Source of the DNA: Ignavibacteriales bacterium
GTDB lineage: Bacteria > Bacteroidota > Ignavibacteria > UBA10030 > UBA6906
NCBI GenBank assembly: GCA_037441705.1
Contig: JBBIRR010000017.1
Location: 10,699-74,698 of the forward strand
DNA: 64,000 nucleotides
Direction of reading: 5' to 3'
In this document: in pieces, positions 37,413-46,885 of the stretch
Numbering within the stretch: the first letter of the stretch is position 1
How the letters are laid out: every line of letters starts with the position of its first letter
Translations under genes and position numbers: made by a program
The notes under the pieces: generated by a model
The model's input: the letters and a program-made list of their open reading frames with translations, nothing else
Databases searched by the model: none
Told to the model about the DNA's origin: nothing

Positions 37413-39683
37413 ATGCTTGGCGGCTTGTTGGTGAAGGTAGCCTTTCTGACGTGTTTGATTTCCGTTCTTGCGTTCTTCGAGACGCATCGAGTCCCCAACG
37501 TACGTACACTGAAAATCGGTAGAGTTTTCTTTCACGCGACCGTCGTCCTCGTTCTCCTCTTTTCCGCTGTTCAGCTCTACAACATTCTCACCCATCAATT
37601 TCAATATTCCTATGTCTGGAGTTATAGTTCGAGAGATCTACCGCTCCCGTTGTTGATCTCGACGTTCTACGCCGGGCAAGAAGGAAGCTTCATGCTGTGG
37701 GCGTTGTACACGGCGCTCATCGGTGTGTTCCTGATGCAATATTCATCGCGCAAGGGTTACGAGCCTCAGGTGATGAGTGTGTACGGAACAATTCAGCTTG
37801 CGCTTCTGCTGATGATGATTGTGAAGAATCCGTTTGCCTACGTGTGGGAAACCTGGCCCGACGTTGCCGTTGGAACGATTCCACGAGATGGGCGAGGATT
37901 GAACCCATTGCTCCAAAACTACTGGATGGTAATTCATCCACAGGTGCTCTTTAGTGGCTTCGCCGCGATGGGCGTTCCCTATTCGTATGCTGTAGCCGCG
38001 CTGATGAAACGGGACTACAATAATTGGATCCGTCCGGCGACGCCATGGATTGTGTACGGCGCCACGGTGCTCGGCCTCGGCATTATGCTGGGGGGATTCT
38101 GGGCGTACGAAACGTTAGGATGGGGTGGGTACTGGGGATGGGACCCCGTCGAGAATTCTTCGTTAGTACCCTGGCTGTTCGCGGTCGGAACGATTCACAC
38201 CATTCTCACGCAGCGCAAGAGCGGCGCCTTCGTCCGGACGAACCTTGTGATGGCCATGCTGTGCTTCATCACGGTGTTGTACTCGACGTTCTTGACGCGC
38301 AGCGGCGTCCTCGGCGAAACATCCGTTCATTCCTTCGTTGATCCGGGCATGTGGGTGTACTGGCTGCTCATCGGCATCATTGTCCTTTTTGTCGGGCTGG
38401 GTGCAGGATTGATTGTCAGCCGATGGAAGGAGATGCCGAGAATTCCGCCGCAGCATTCCTATCTTTCACGCGAGTTCGCTCTCTTCCTCGGTGCATCTGC
38501 ACTCGTGTGCGCCGCCGTTTTCATTACGGTCGGCACGTCGTCGCCGATCATCACACAGATCCTTCAGGGCAAAACAACTGCCGTTGATATATCCTACTAC
38601 GTCACAACGACGCTGCCTCTGGGCATCGCTATTGGCATCCTTGCGGGCATCGGGCAGCTTCTGTGGTGGACACGTTCGGACAAGAAGGGAATGATGAGAG
38701 TGCTCGCGCTTCCGGCAGGCGTTGCACTGGCGGCCGCACTCGCGATCGTTGTCGGCTCGGGGCTGTATGATGCGGCCGTGGCGTTGTTTCTCTTCGGTGC
38801 GGTGTTTGCGCTTGTGGCCAATCTCCAGGTCGGCTGGCGCATCGTGAAAGGAAATCCCAAGTACGCAGGCGGTTCCATCGCGCATGTTGGCCTGGCGGTG
38901 ATGTTCTTGGGATTCGTTGGATCATCCACGTATGATGATAAGCAAACACTCTCTCTGGCCAGAGGAAGAACCGTCGAAGCTCTCGGATGCAAACTCACCT
39001 ACACAGGCTATAAGCAAATCGATCCGGTGCAGGAGAAGTTCGCGTTCGAGGTGAACGTCGAGCGCGAGGGGAAGCGGTATGTCGTGGCGCCGATCATGTA
39101 CTACAGCGAGTACAACAAGGGCCTGATGCGTAATCCGGATATTGCAAATTGGGTGACGAAGGATTTTTATCTGGCGCCGCTTTCGCTGGAACAAGCTGAG
39201 GCGACAAAAACGCTGACCCTGCGGAAGGGGGAGACACAGAAGCTGGGCGATCTGGAAATAACGTTTGTTGATTTTGATTTTCCAGTGGATCAGAAGGCAG
39301 CGATGGTGGAAGGGCGAGAGGTGAAAATCGGCGCCGAACTTCTGGTGAAAGAGTACGGAAAGAAACCCGTCCGACTCGTACCGGCAAAAGTGATCAACCA
39401 GGGGAACGCAGAGGATCTGCCCGCGGTCTTTGCCGACACCTACCAGTTCACGATTGTCAATATGCAGCCCGATCGTGAGAACAAGGAAAATTCGCATGTT
39501 GAGATAGGGTATAAAAATGTAAAAGCGGCGTCATCAGCGGAGGGGGATGTGCTTGTCGTTGAAGCGAGCGTCAAGCCCTATATCAATCTCGTCTGGTCGG
39601 GTGTGATTATTCTGATGGTCGGTTTTGGCGTGACGATTGTTCGCCGCGCGCAGGAGGCGCGGGTAAGGCAGCAAAATGCTTAG
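37413..39683 (+). CDS. ccmF: Cytochrome c biogenesis heme lyase CcmF
   Basis: AGQEGS, GLNPLLQ, IHP, WAYETLGWGGYWGWDPVEN, FLTRSG, SVHSF, AHVG, KPYINLVW. Confidence 0.95.
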   Translation: MLGGLLVKVAFLTCLISVLAFFETHRVPNVRTLKIGRVFFHATVVLVLLFSAVQLYNILTHQFQYSYVWSYSSRDLPLPLLISTFYAGQEGSFMLWALYTALIGVFLMQYSSRKGYEPQVMSVYGTIQLALLLMMIVKNPFAYVWETWPDVAVGTIPRDGRGLNPLLQNYWMVIHPQVLFSGFAAMGVPYSYAVAALMKRDYNNWIRPATPWIVYGATVLGLGIMLGGFWAYETLGWGGYWGWDPVENSSLVPWLFAVGTIHTILTQRKSGAFVRTNLVMAMLCFITVLYSTFLTRSGVLGETSVHSFVDPGMWVYWLLIGIIVLFVGLGAGLIVSRWKEMPRIPPQHSYLSREFALFLGASALVCAAVFITVGTSSPIITQILQGKTTAVDISYYVTTTLPLGIAIGILAGIGQLLWWTRSDKKGMMRVLALPAGVALAAALAIVVGSGLYDAAVALFLFGAVFALVANLQVGWRIVKGNPKYAGGSIAHVGLAVMFLGFVGSSTYDDKQTLSLARGRTVEALGCKLTYTGYKQIDPVQEKFAFEVNVEREGKRYVVAPIMYYSEYNKGLMRNPDIANWVTKDFYLAPLSLEQAEATKTLTLRKGETQKLGDLEITFVDFDFPVDQKAAMVEGREVKIGAELLVKEYGKKPVRLVPAKVINQGNAEDLPAVFADTYQFTIVNMQPDRENKENSHVEIGYKNVKAASSAEGDVLVVEASVKPYINLVWSGVIILMVGFGVTIVRRAQEARVRQQNA

Positions 39684-39704
39684 TCTGTCGTGATACCCAT
39701 CGGC

Positions 39705-40127
39705 CTACTGCCCAACACCAACCCCGAACCGAAAAACCAATTCTCCGCCATACCACGCCGTTCCCCACACGAGGGCTACTCCCAAAAACGTCAGCACGAA
39801 ATACAGCAGCGTACCTCGTGAAGGAACGTGCGTCCTGCTGGCAAAGCGCCAGAGCAGCACGACGCTGTAGATGGCCGCGACGCCGAACGCGAGTTGCTCA
39901 TGCGTCTCGAAGAAACTCCGGGCACTCTCCCCGATTGCAACCCCTCCCTCGGCTGCAAGACCGGTGGCGATCGTTCCTGCTAACCCGATGCTACCGGCAA
40001 TGAGCGTCCACCAGGCTGTGCGCTCGAATTCCTGCTTCTTCGTCGCAACAGCCAGGAGATCAAAGAGCCAGCTTGCGGTAAGCAGCGCAATAGGAAGGTG
40101 GACGAACATCGGATGAAGGTTGGGCAT
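39705..40127 (-). CDS. DUF2231 membrane protein
   Basis: HPMFVHLPI, TG--A, HE, GGELVF-FGVG; four TM helices. Confidence 0.8.
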   Translation of the reverse strand: MPNLHPMFVHLPIALLTASWLFDLLAVATKKQEFERTAWWTLIAGSIGLAGTIATGLAAEGGVAIGESARSFFETHEQLAFGVAAIYSVVLLWRFASRTHVPSRGTLLYFVLTFLGVALVWGTAWYGGELVFRFGVGVGQ

Positions 40128-40144
40128 GCGGTATTCCCAGGAAG

Positions 40145-40864
40145 CTACGCGACGAGATCGAGGAGGTTTTGCACACCCACCATGCCGATAGAGAAGAACG
40201 GCTCAGCGTATTTCCGCCCGATCCGATCGCCGAAGTAGGCAAATCGGGTCTCCATGAAGTGAAGAAAGTCGGGCGTGCTCAGCGAGGTTTCGGGTTCATC
40301 GCTCTCCGGGTTGTAGAACTGAGACTTGAAGGCGCGTACCGCCTGCATGCGCTGCTCGAACTCATCGGAAATATCCACAACGAATGTGGGGACGAACTCG
40401 TACCACTGCATGTAGTGATAGTACGTGCGCGGCCGGAACGGCTCCTGCTTCACACCCAGCACGGTTGTTTCGATCTTCTCGAGACCCGCGTAGAACCAGG
40501 CCTTTCGACACAGCGCATGGGTGTGTTCGTGGTCGGGGTGACGTTCGAGCCAATGCGAAAACAGGAGAACGTCGGGCTTGTACTTGCGAAGAATCTGAAT
40601 GACGCGCAGGATGTTTGTCTGATTGACTTCGATGTTGCCGTCCGGAAGAGCAAGATTCTCGCGGACACGCACACCGAGGATGCGTGCAGCTTCGTTTGCT
40701 TCCGCTTCCCGCATTTCCGGCGTGCCGCGTGTGCCTAACTCCCCCCGTGTCATGTCAAGGATGCCGACATGTTTCCCCTGCTTCACAAGCTTAGCTATCG
40801 TTCCTCCACAACTCAACTCTACGTCGTCAGGATGCGCGCCAATGGCAAGAACATCGAGTTTCAT
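40145..40864 (-). CDS. bshB1: Bacillithiol biosynthesis deacetylase BshB1
   Basis: AHPDDVEL-CGGT, TRGELGTRG, RHPDH, AGL-K, SQF, YAEPF. Confidence 0.88.
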   Translation of the reverse strand: MKLDVLAIGAHPDDVELSCGGTIAKLVKQGKHVGILDMTRGELGTRGTPEMREAEANEAARILGVRVRENLALPDGNIEVNQTNILRVIQILRKYKPDVLLFSHWLERHPDHEHTHALCRKAWFYAGLEKIETTVLGVKQEPFRPRTYYHYMQWYEFVPTFVVDISDEFEQRMQAVRAFKSQFYNPESDEPETSLSTPDFLHFMETRFAYFGDRIGRKYAEPFFSIGMVGVQNLLDLVA

Positions 40865-40893
40865 TCGTGATGCCTCAAGAAAGGTTGCGAAAA

Positions 40894-40922
40894 AATATAA
40901 CGATTCGTGCGCACGGACGCAA
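40894..40922 (-). promoter_or_regulatory. Putative sigma70 promoter of bshB1
   Basis: Minus strand TTGCGT-N17-TATATT. Confidence 0.55.
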
Positions 40923-40990
40923 AACTTCCGATGCAGGTTGGATTCTCTCTCGCGATTTGGCGATATTCATTCCGTCACAACAGAAAACCA

Positions 40991-42211
40991 ATGCTCGATC
41001 TTTTCTCACAAGAAGAAAACGAACAAACGGCCGGCCCGTCCGTCCTCACGGTCTCACAGCTCACGCGCCGCATCAAGCAGGTGTTGGAATCTGGGTTCTC
41101 GTCCGTCAGTGTGCAGGGGGAGATTTCGAACTTCAAGTATCACTCGTCGGGACACATGTACTTTGCCATCAAGGATTCCGGCGCAACAATCTCGGCAGTC
41201 ATCTGGCGAAGTCGTGTGCCGTTTCTCTCGTTCACGCCTGAAGACGGAATGAAGGTCATCGCCACGGGACGCGTGACGGTGTATGAAGTGCGCGGAGCGT
41301 ACCAGATTGATGTAACGAGTATGCGACCTGTGGGCGCAGGAGAGCTGCAGATTGCCTTCGAGAAACTGAAACGCAAACTCGCGGCCCAAGGGTTGTTCGC
41401 TCCAGAACACAAGAAGCCGATCCCGCAGTATCCGGAGCGGATTGGGATCGTGACGTCCGAGACGGGCGCAGCGCTTCAGGATATTCTGCACATTCTGCGG
41501 CGGCGCTTTCCGGCTGTGGAAGTGTTTCTTATCCCTGTGCGTGTTCAGGGAGCGGGCGCCGGGATCGAAATCGCAGAGGCCATCGAGGATTTCAATCGCT
41601 ACGGCGCGGTGGATGTCCTTATCGTGTGTCGCGGAGGAGGGTCCATCGAAGATCTCTGGGCGTTCAACGAGGAGGTGGTGGCGCGTGCCATTTATCGCTC
41701 ACGCATTCCCGTGATCAGCGCGGTGGGGCACGAGATTGACTTCACGATTGCGGACTTTGTTGCTGATCTGCGCGCTCCCACACCTTCGGCTGCAGCCGAG
41801 CTGGTGGTGCCCGACCGGTTTGCGCTCCTTGATACTCTTCGGAATTATTGGTATACTATGCACGAAAATGTGCATGAACTGGTCAATTCGCGCAAAGAGC
41901 GCATTCGGCATCTCCTACACAGCTACTCATTCAACCGACCGCTTGATCTTCTCCGACAGTACAGTCAGCGCGTGGATGAACTCGAGCGAAGCATGACCGC
42001 TGCCATGGCCCATAGGTTTTCCATCCTGAAAGCGCGCTCCGAGTCGCTCCGGCATCAGCTTATTGCGCTGGACCCCACGTTGGTGCTGCGGAGAGGCTAT
42101 GCCATAGTACGCAAGGAGGGCCGCGTTGTCGCCTCGCGTCATGCACTCAAGCCGGCCGATGAGATCAGCATTACCTTCCACGACGGCTCGATATCGTCGC
42201 GAGTATCGTGA
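40991..42211 (+). CDS. xseA: Exodeoxyribonuclease VII large subunit
   Basis: GEISN, SGHMYF, VTS-TGAA--D, RGGGSIEDLWAFN, SAVGHE-D, RAPTPSAAAE, RGYA. Confidence 0.96.
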   Translation: MLDLFSQEENEQTAGPSVLTVSQLTRRIKQVLESGFSSVSVQGEISNFKYHSSGHMYFAIKDSGATISAVIWRSRVPFLSFTPEDGMKVIATGRVTVYEVRGAYQIDVTSMRPVGAGELQIAFEKLKRKLAAQGLFAPEHKKPIPQYPERIGIVTSETGAALQDILHILRRRFPAVEVFLIPVRVQGAGAGIEIAEAIEDFNRYGAVDVLIVCRGGGSIEDLWAFNEEVVARAIYRSRIPVISAVGHEIDFTIADFVADLRAPTPSAAAELVVPDRFALLDTLRNYWYTMHENVHELVNSRKERIRHLLHSYSFNRPLDLLRQYSQRVDELERSMTAAMAHRFSILKARSESLRHQLIALDPTLVLRRGYAIVRKEGRVVASRHALKPADEISITFHDGSISSRVS

Positions 42212-42465
42212 TGGCTTCCGCAAAAAAAGAAAACAAGCAGTCCTTCGAGCAGTCGCTCAAGCGTCTCGAGGAAATCGTTGAGCAGTTAGAGCAGGGCGAT
42301 GTGCCGTTGGATGATGCGCTGAAGATGTATGAGGAGGGAATTGAGTTGTCGAAAGCGTGCGTCGAGAAGTTGACCCAAGCCGAGCTTCATCTCAAGAAGC
42401 TCGCGAAAGATATGCAAGGAAACTTCCGCGTCATCGAAGATGATGAGCGCGAGCAGGAAGAATGA
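42211..42465 (+). CDS. xseB: Exodeoxyribonuclease VII small subunit
   Basis: SFEQSLKRLEEIV--LE-G---L---L--YEEG--L---C---L--AE. Confidence 0.94.
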   Translation: MASAKKENKQSFEQSLKRLEEIVEQLEQGDVPLDDALKMYEEGIELSKACVEKLTQAELHLKKLAKDMQGNFRVIEDDEREQEE

Positions 42466-42492
42466 ATCGTTCACTATGGGACTGAAGAAGCG

Positions 42493-44421
42493 ATGAGTAC
42501 GTATCCGATGTTGGATCGCGTTAACGTTCCGGCAGATTTGCGGACGTTATCTGTTGCGGAGTTGAAGGCGCTTGCCGACGATGTGCGGGCATTCCTGATC
42601 GACGTGGTGTCGAAGACCGGCGGCCACCTCGGGGCGGGCCTCGGCACGGTGGAACTGACGGTGGCGCTGCACTACGTCTTCAATACGCCCCATGATAAGT
42701 TGGTGTGGGATGTCGGCCATCAGGCATACCCGCACAAGATTCTGACGGGGCGCAAGAATCGGCTCAACACCATTCGACAGTACAAGGGCTTGAGCGGGTT
42801 TCTCAAACGAACCGAGAGCGAGTACGACACGTTTGGCGCAGGACATGCAAGTACGGCGATTTCCGCCGCGCTGGGAATGGTCGTTGCGCGCGATTTCAAT
42901 CATGAGGATTACAAGGTAGTCGCCGTCGTCGGCGACGGCTCGATGACGGGCGGGATGGTGTACGAGGGGATGAACAACGCCGGTCTGCTGAAGAAAGACT
43001 TCATCGTTATTCTTAACGACAATAATATGTCCATTGCCCCGAACGTCTGGGCGCTGTCCAATTACTTCACACAACTCATTGCCAACCCGTCCTACAACCG
43101 CTTCAAGAGCAATATCTATGAACTGACGGGAAAGTTAGATGCATGGGGCGACCGGATACGCCGTGTTGCTGCTCGACTGGAAGAGGGTGTGAAGGTCGTT
43201 ATCACGCCGGGAATGCTCTTCGAGGCGCTCGGGTTTCGGTACTTCGGTCCGATCAATGGACACAACGTTGCGCAACTGGTGAACATCTTCAAAGATGTCA
43301 AGAACTATCACGGCCCCATTCTGGTCCATGTGACGACGCAGAAAGGCAAAGGATACAAGCCGGCAGAAGCCGATGTGCAGAAGCTGCACGGGGTGACGCC
43401 ATTCGACAAGGTCACCGGTTTATCACCCAAGAAAGTCGATGGCCCTCCGGCATACACGAAAGTGTTCGGCAAGGCCCTGACGGAACTGGCAAAAGCCAAC
43501 CCGAAGATCATCGGCATTACGGCTGCGATGCCCGATGGAACGGGGTTGGATATTCTTCAGAAGGAACTTCCCAATAATTTCTTTGATGTAGGGATAGCCG
43601 AGCAGCACGGCGTGACGTTCGCTGCCGGTCTTGCCACGCAGGGATGCATTCCCGTCGCGGCGATCTACTCCACCTTTCTGCAGCGGGCGTTCGATCAGAT
43701 CATTCATGATGTTGCACTGCAGCACTTGCACGTGGTGTTCGCGCTCGATCGCGGCGGCCTGGTTGGTGCAGACGGACCGACGCACCATGGCGTGTTCGAC
43801 CTCTCCTACCTTCGTCTCATCCCCGGCATGGTAGTCATGGCGCCGAAGGATGAAAGCGAGCTGCGGGACATGCTATACACCGCGATCGAGTATAAGGACG
43901 GCCCTATTGCTTTGCGATACCCTCGCGGCAACGGGGTTGGCGTTCCCCTGAAGCAGGGATTTGACTTGATCCCGATAGGCAAGGGAGAGATTCTCCGGGA
44001 CGGAGAGCATGTTGCCATTCTTGCCATCGGCATCATGGTGCAGAACGCTTTGAAAGCGGCAGCGCTGCTGGAAAACGAAGGAATCTCCGCTGCCGTTGTC
44101 AACATGCGATTTGTCAAGCCGTTAGACGAACAACTGATTGAAGACCTTGCCCGGCGCTTCGACCACTTTGTGACCGTCGAGGATAATACGATCAAGGGAG
44201 GCTTTGGCAGCGCGGTCGCCGAGTGCCTTGCGGCGAAGCAGCGTACGAACATTCGCCTGAAGATTCACGGCATCCCGGATCGTTTTATCGATCACGGCTC
44301 GCCCGAAGAGCTTCATCGCGAAGTGGGAATCGACCCGCAGGGGATTGCCAACGTCGTTCGAGAATTTGTCCAGACGGATCGGCGGTCCACGTCACGAACG
44401 GTACATGCCATTGCCAACTAA
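42493..44421 (+). CDS. dxs: 1-deoxy-D-xylulose-5-phosphate synthase
   Basis: GGHLG, WDVGHQAYPHK, GDGSMTGG--YE, NDN, GIAEQH, YSTFLQR, DGPTHHG, RYPRG. Confidence 0.98.
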   Translation: MSTYPMLDRVNVPADLRTLSVAELKALADDVRAFLIDVVSKTGGHLGAGLGTVELTVALHYVFNTPHDKLVWDVGHQAYPHKILTGRKNRLNTIRQYKGLSGFLKRTESEYDTFGAGHASTAISAALGMVVARDFNHEDYKVVAVVGDGSMTGGMVYEGMNNAGLLKKDFIVILNDNNMSIAPNVWALSNYFTQLIANPSYNRFKSNIYELTGKLDAWGDRIRRVAARLEEGVKVVITPGMLFEALGFRYFGPINGHNVAQLVNIFKDVKNYHGPILVHVTTQKGKGYKPAEADVQKLHGVTPFDKVTGLSPKKVDGPPAYTKVFGKALTELAKANPKIIGITAAMPDGTGLDILQKELPNNFFDVGIAEQHGVTFAAGLATQGCIPVAAIYSTFLQRAFDQIIHDVALQHLHVVFALDRGGLVGADGPTHHGVFDLSYLRLIPGMVVMAPKDESELRDMLYTAIEYKDGPIALRYPRGNGVGVPLKQGFDLIPIGKGEILRDGEHVAILAIGIMVQNALKAAALLENEGISAAVVNMRFVKPLDEQLIEDLARRFDHFVTVEDNTIKGGFGSAVAECLAAKQRTNIRLKIHGIPDRFIDHGSPEELHREVGIDPQGIANVVREFVQTDRRSTSRTVHAIAN

Positions 44422-44500
44422 GTAGATTTGCAAGAAGATGAAACGAGACATTGTTGGTCGGATGCCGGCAATGTCTTTTTCTCTTTCTGAGGGCGTGCGC

Positions 44501-45604
44501 GTGCCCGAAACCTCGGATGAACATTTCATGCGCATCTGCCTCAGACTCGCCGCGCGAGGAAAGGGATATGTCAGTCCCAACCCGCTTGTCGGCGCCGTTC
44601 TGGTTAAGAACAACAGGATCGTAGCCACGGGCTACCACAAACGGTTTGGCGGACCGCATGCCGAAGTGGAGTGCCTCCGCACGTATTCCGCCGACGCTTC
44701 GAAGACGACGCTGTATGTGAATCTGGAGCCGTGCGCCCACTACGGTAAGACGCCGCCGTGCGTCGAGCTGATTCTCCAGCGAGGAATCCGTCGCGTAGTC
44801 ATCGCGATGAAGGATCCCAACCCGCTCGTGAGGGGGAGGGCGATTCGCCGCTTACGACGCAACGGCGTTCAGGTAACCCTCGGCATGCTTCGGCGTGAAG
44901 CAGAGGAACTCAACCGCTTCTTTGTCAAACACATCACCACCGGCATACCGTACGTGCATGTGAAGATCGCTCAGACGCAGGATGGCTATATCGGAAAGCT
45001 GGGGGGGAAGACAGGCTACATCACATCGAAACGCTCGCTCAGGATAGTGCATCAGTGGCGCGCTGAGTACGACGCCGTGCTCGTCGGCGCAAACACGGTG
45101 AAGATGGATAACCCTCGTCTTGATGTACGGTTTGTTCGTGGACGTGACCCCGCGGTCGCTATTGTGGACGGTCGCTTCTCGCTTACAGGAAACGAGAGGG
45201 TGTTTGCTTCGGCGTCGAGAAGGGCAGTTTTCTTGTGTACAACAGAGCGAGCATCGGCGCGGCACACAGCCAAACGGAGAAAGCTGCAGGCGCGCGGCGT
45301 AAGACTGCTGACGTTCAAGAGCAAAAACGATCGTGTCAATCTCAAGAGTATCCTTCGATCCTTGTACCATCACGGCATTGGCTCGATCTTGGTCGAAGGG
45401 GGAAAGGAGATTTTCTCGCAGTGCATTGAGAGCAATCTCGCAGATGAGCTTACGATTTTCACGTCGCCCAAAAAGTTCTATGACGGCGTCCCCGCGCTGA
45501 CGCCGCTCGCTCGACAGAAAGTGGAACGCTGGAGGGCACGGCTTCCTTTCCGCTCCGGCTTTGTAGGCGCCGATCACTTCCTTACAGGAAAGATTACGTC
45601 TTGA
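44501..45604 (+). CDS. ribD: Bifunctional riboflavin deaminase/reductase RibD
   Basis: PNPLVGAV, HAE, LEPCAHYGKTPPC, DNP-L-VR, VEGG; start uncertain (in-frame ATG 44438 or 44471, or GTG 44501 after GAGGG). Confidence 0.93.
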   Translation: MPETSDEHFMRICLRLAARGKGYVSPNPLVGAVLVKNNRIVATGYHKRFGGPHAEVECLRTYSADASKTTLYVNLEPCAHYGKTPPCVELILQRGIRRVVIAMKDPNPLVRGRAIRRLRRNGVQVTLGMLRREAEELNRFFVKHITTGIPYVHVKIAQTQDGYIGKLGGKTGYITSKRSLRIVHQWRAEYDAVLVGANTVKMDNPRLDVRFVRGRDPAVAIVDGRFSLTGNERVFASASRRAVFLCTTERASARHTAKRRKLQARGVRLLTFKSKNDRVNLKSILRSLYHHGIGSILVEGGKEIFSQCIESNLADELTIFTSPKKFYDGVPALTPLARQKVERWRARLPFRSGFVGADHFLTGKITS

Positions 45605-45611
45605 GGGAACC

Positions 45612-46256
45612 ATGTTTACGGGAATCATTAAGGAACTCGGTAGAGTTGACGCCGTGCAGAGGGTTGGCGGAGGCGTTCATGTCACCATCGCAGCACCGGT
45701 TTCAACGCCGCAACTCACGGTCAATGATAGTGTCGCCGTCAACGGCGTGTGCTTAACGGTGATCAAGAAGAGCGACCAGAGGTTCACCGTTGAAGCCGTC
45801 GAGGAAACACTGAAGAAGACAACGATAAGCGAGTTGCGCCCCGAAGCGGCGGTTAATCTCGAATTAGCGCTGACGCTGAACGAGCGCCTCGGCGGACATC
45901 TCGTCCTCGGCCATGTTGACGGCATCGGTGTCGTCACTGCGGTCGAAAAGCGTGAAAGCAGTTGGCTGTTTGATGTCGAGATTCCGGCAGAATTTTGTCG
46001 CTATGTCATTCCTGTCGGTTCTATTGCCATTGATGGTGTGAGTCTCACCGTTGCGGAGTTGCGGGATCGACATGTACGCGTCTCGATCATCCCCCACACG
46101 TTCTTCAACACCACGTTTCAATTCTTGACGACAGGCAGTCGCGTCAACATCGAGGTCGACATCATCGGCAAGTACATCGAGCGGCTCATGATGCTTGAGC
46201 AGCGACAACCGGATATTACGATTGAGAAACTGAAAGCGTGGGGATACCGCGTGTGA
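45612..46256 (+). CDS. ribE: Riboflavin synthase (alpha chain)
   Basis: MFTGII, SVAVNGVCLTV, VNLE, GGHLVLGHVD, GSIAIDGVSLTV, IIPHT, VNIEVD. Confidence 0.96.
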   Translation: MFTGIIKELGRVDAVQRVGGGVHVTIAAPVSTPQLTVNDSVAVNGVCLTVIKKSDQRFTVEAVEETLKKTTISELRPEAAVNLELALTLNERLGGHLVLGHVDGIGVVTAVEKRESSWLFDVEIPAEFCRYVIPVGSIAIDGVSLTVAELRDRHVRVSIIPHTFFNTTFQFLTTGSRVNIEVDIIGKYIERLMMLEQRQPDITIEKLKAWGYRV

Positions 46257-46292
46257 AGGCCAACGCTCTCATTCGAGAGCAGAATGACTTTC

Positions 46293-46321
46293 TTGATTCG
46301 CACGCACAAATTAAGTATCTT
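46293..46321 (+). promoter_or_regulatory. Putative sigma70 promoter of secG
   Basis: TTGATT-N17-TATCTT. Confidence 0.55.
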
Positions 46322-46359
46322 GTGCACGGCAATTCTGCAACAACACTATAGGGTACGCG

Positions 46360-46722
46360 ATGTTTGGATTCTTGATTGGCGTGGAAGTGGTCATCAGCAT
46401 TTTGCTGATCATTGTCGTTCTCATGCAGGCAAGCAAGGGTGGGGGACTTGCCGGCACGTTCGGCGGCGGCAACGTCGGCATGGTCTTCGGCGTCAGGCGA
46501 ACGGCCGATTTCCTAATCAAGGCAACACAGTGGCTGGCAATTCTCTTCGGCGCTCTTGCTCTGATTATCAACATCTTTTTCCTGCCGCGCACGGGAGCGA
46601 ATACGGAGAGCGTGTTGCAGCGGACGGCCACGCAGCAGCAGTCCGTGCCCTCGCCCAGCGTTCCACAACTGCCGCCGACGCAGCAACCGGCCACACCTGC
46701 ACCGTCGAGTCCGACGAAGTAA
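46360..46722 (+). CDS. secG: Preprotein translocase subunit SecG
   Basis: VLMQ-SKGGGL-GTFGG between two TM helices, L-K-T--L; followed by a tRNA. Confidence 0.92.
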   Translation: MFGFLIGVEVVISILLIIVVLMQASKGGGLAGTFGGGNVGMVFGVRRTADFLIKATQWLAILFGALALIINIFFLPRTGANTESVLQRTATQQQSVPSPSVPQLPPTQQPATPAPSSPTK

Positions 46723-46750
46723 GGTTTTGTCTCTGTTCTTCATACGCTTT

Positions 46751-46823
46751 GCACCCATGGCTCAATTGGTAGAGCAACTGACTCTTAATCAGTGGGTTCC
46801 AGGTTCGAGTCCTGGTGGGTGCA
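46751..46823 (+). tRNA. tRNA-Lys(CTT)
   Basis: Cloverleaf: acceptor GCACCCA/TGGGTGC, D arm GCTC/GAGC, anticodon arm ACTGA-CTCTTAA-TCAGT, T arm CCAGG-TTCGAGT-CCTGG; CCA not encoded directly. Confidence 0.96.
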
Positions 46824-46842
46824 CAACCACATGGTAGCGCAG

Positions 46843-46876
46843 TGCCAAGGATGACAACTCCTTGGCATTTCTATTT
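46843..46876 (+). terminator. Intrinsic terminator after tRNA-Lys
   Basis: TGCCAAGGA-tgacaac-TCCTTGGCA followed by TTTCTATTT. Confidence 0.65.
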
Positions 46877-46885
46877 CAGAGTACG

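Noticed and set aside
44422-44500. Possible FMN riboswitch upstream of ribD
   Set aside because: The gap is too short and lacks the conserved RFN sequence blocks.
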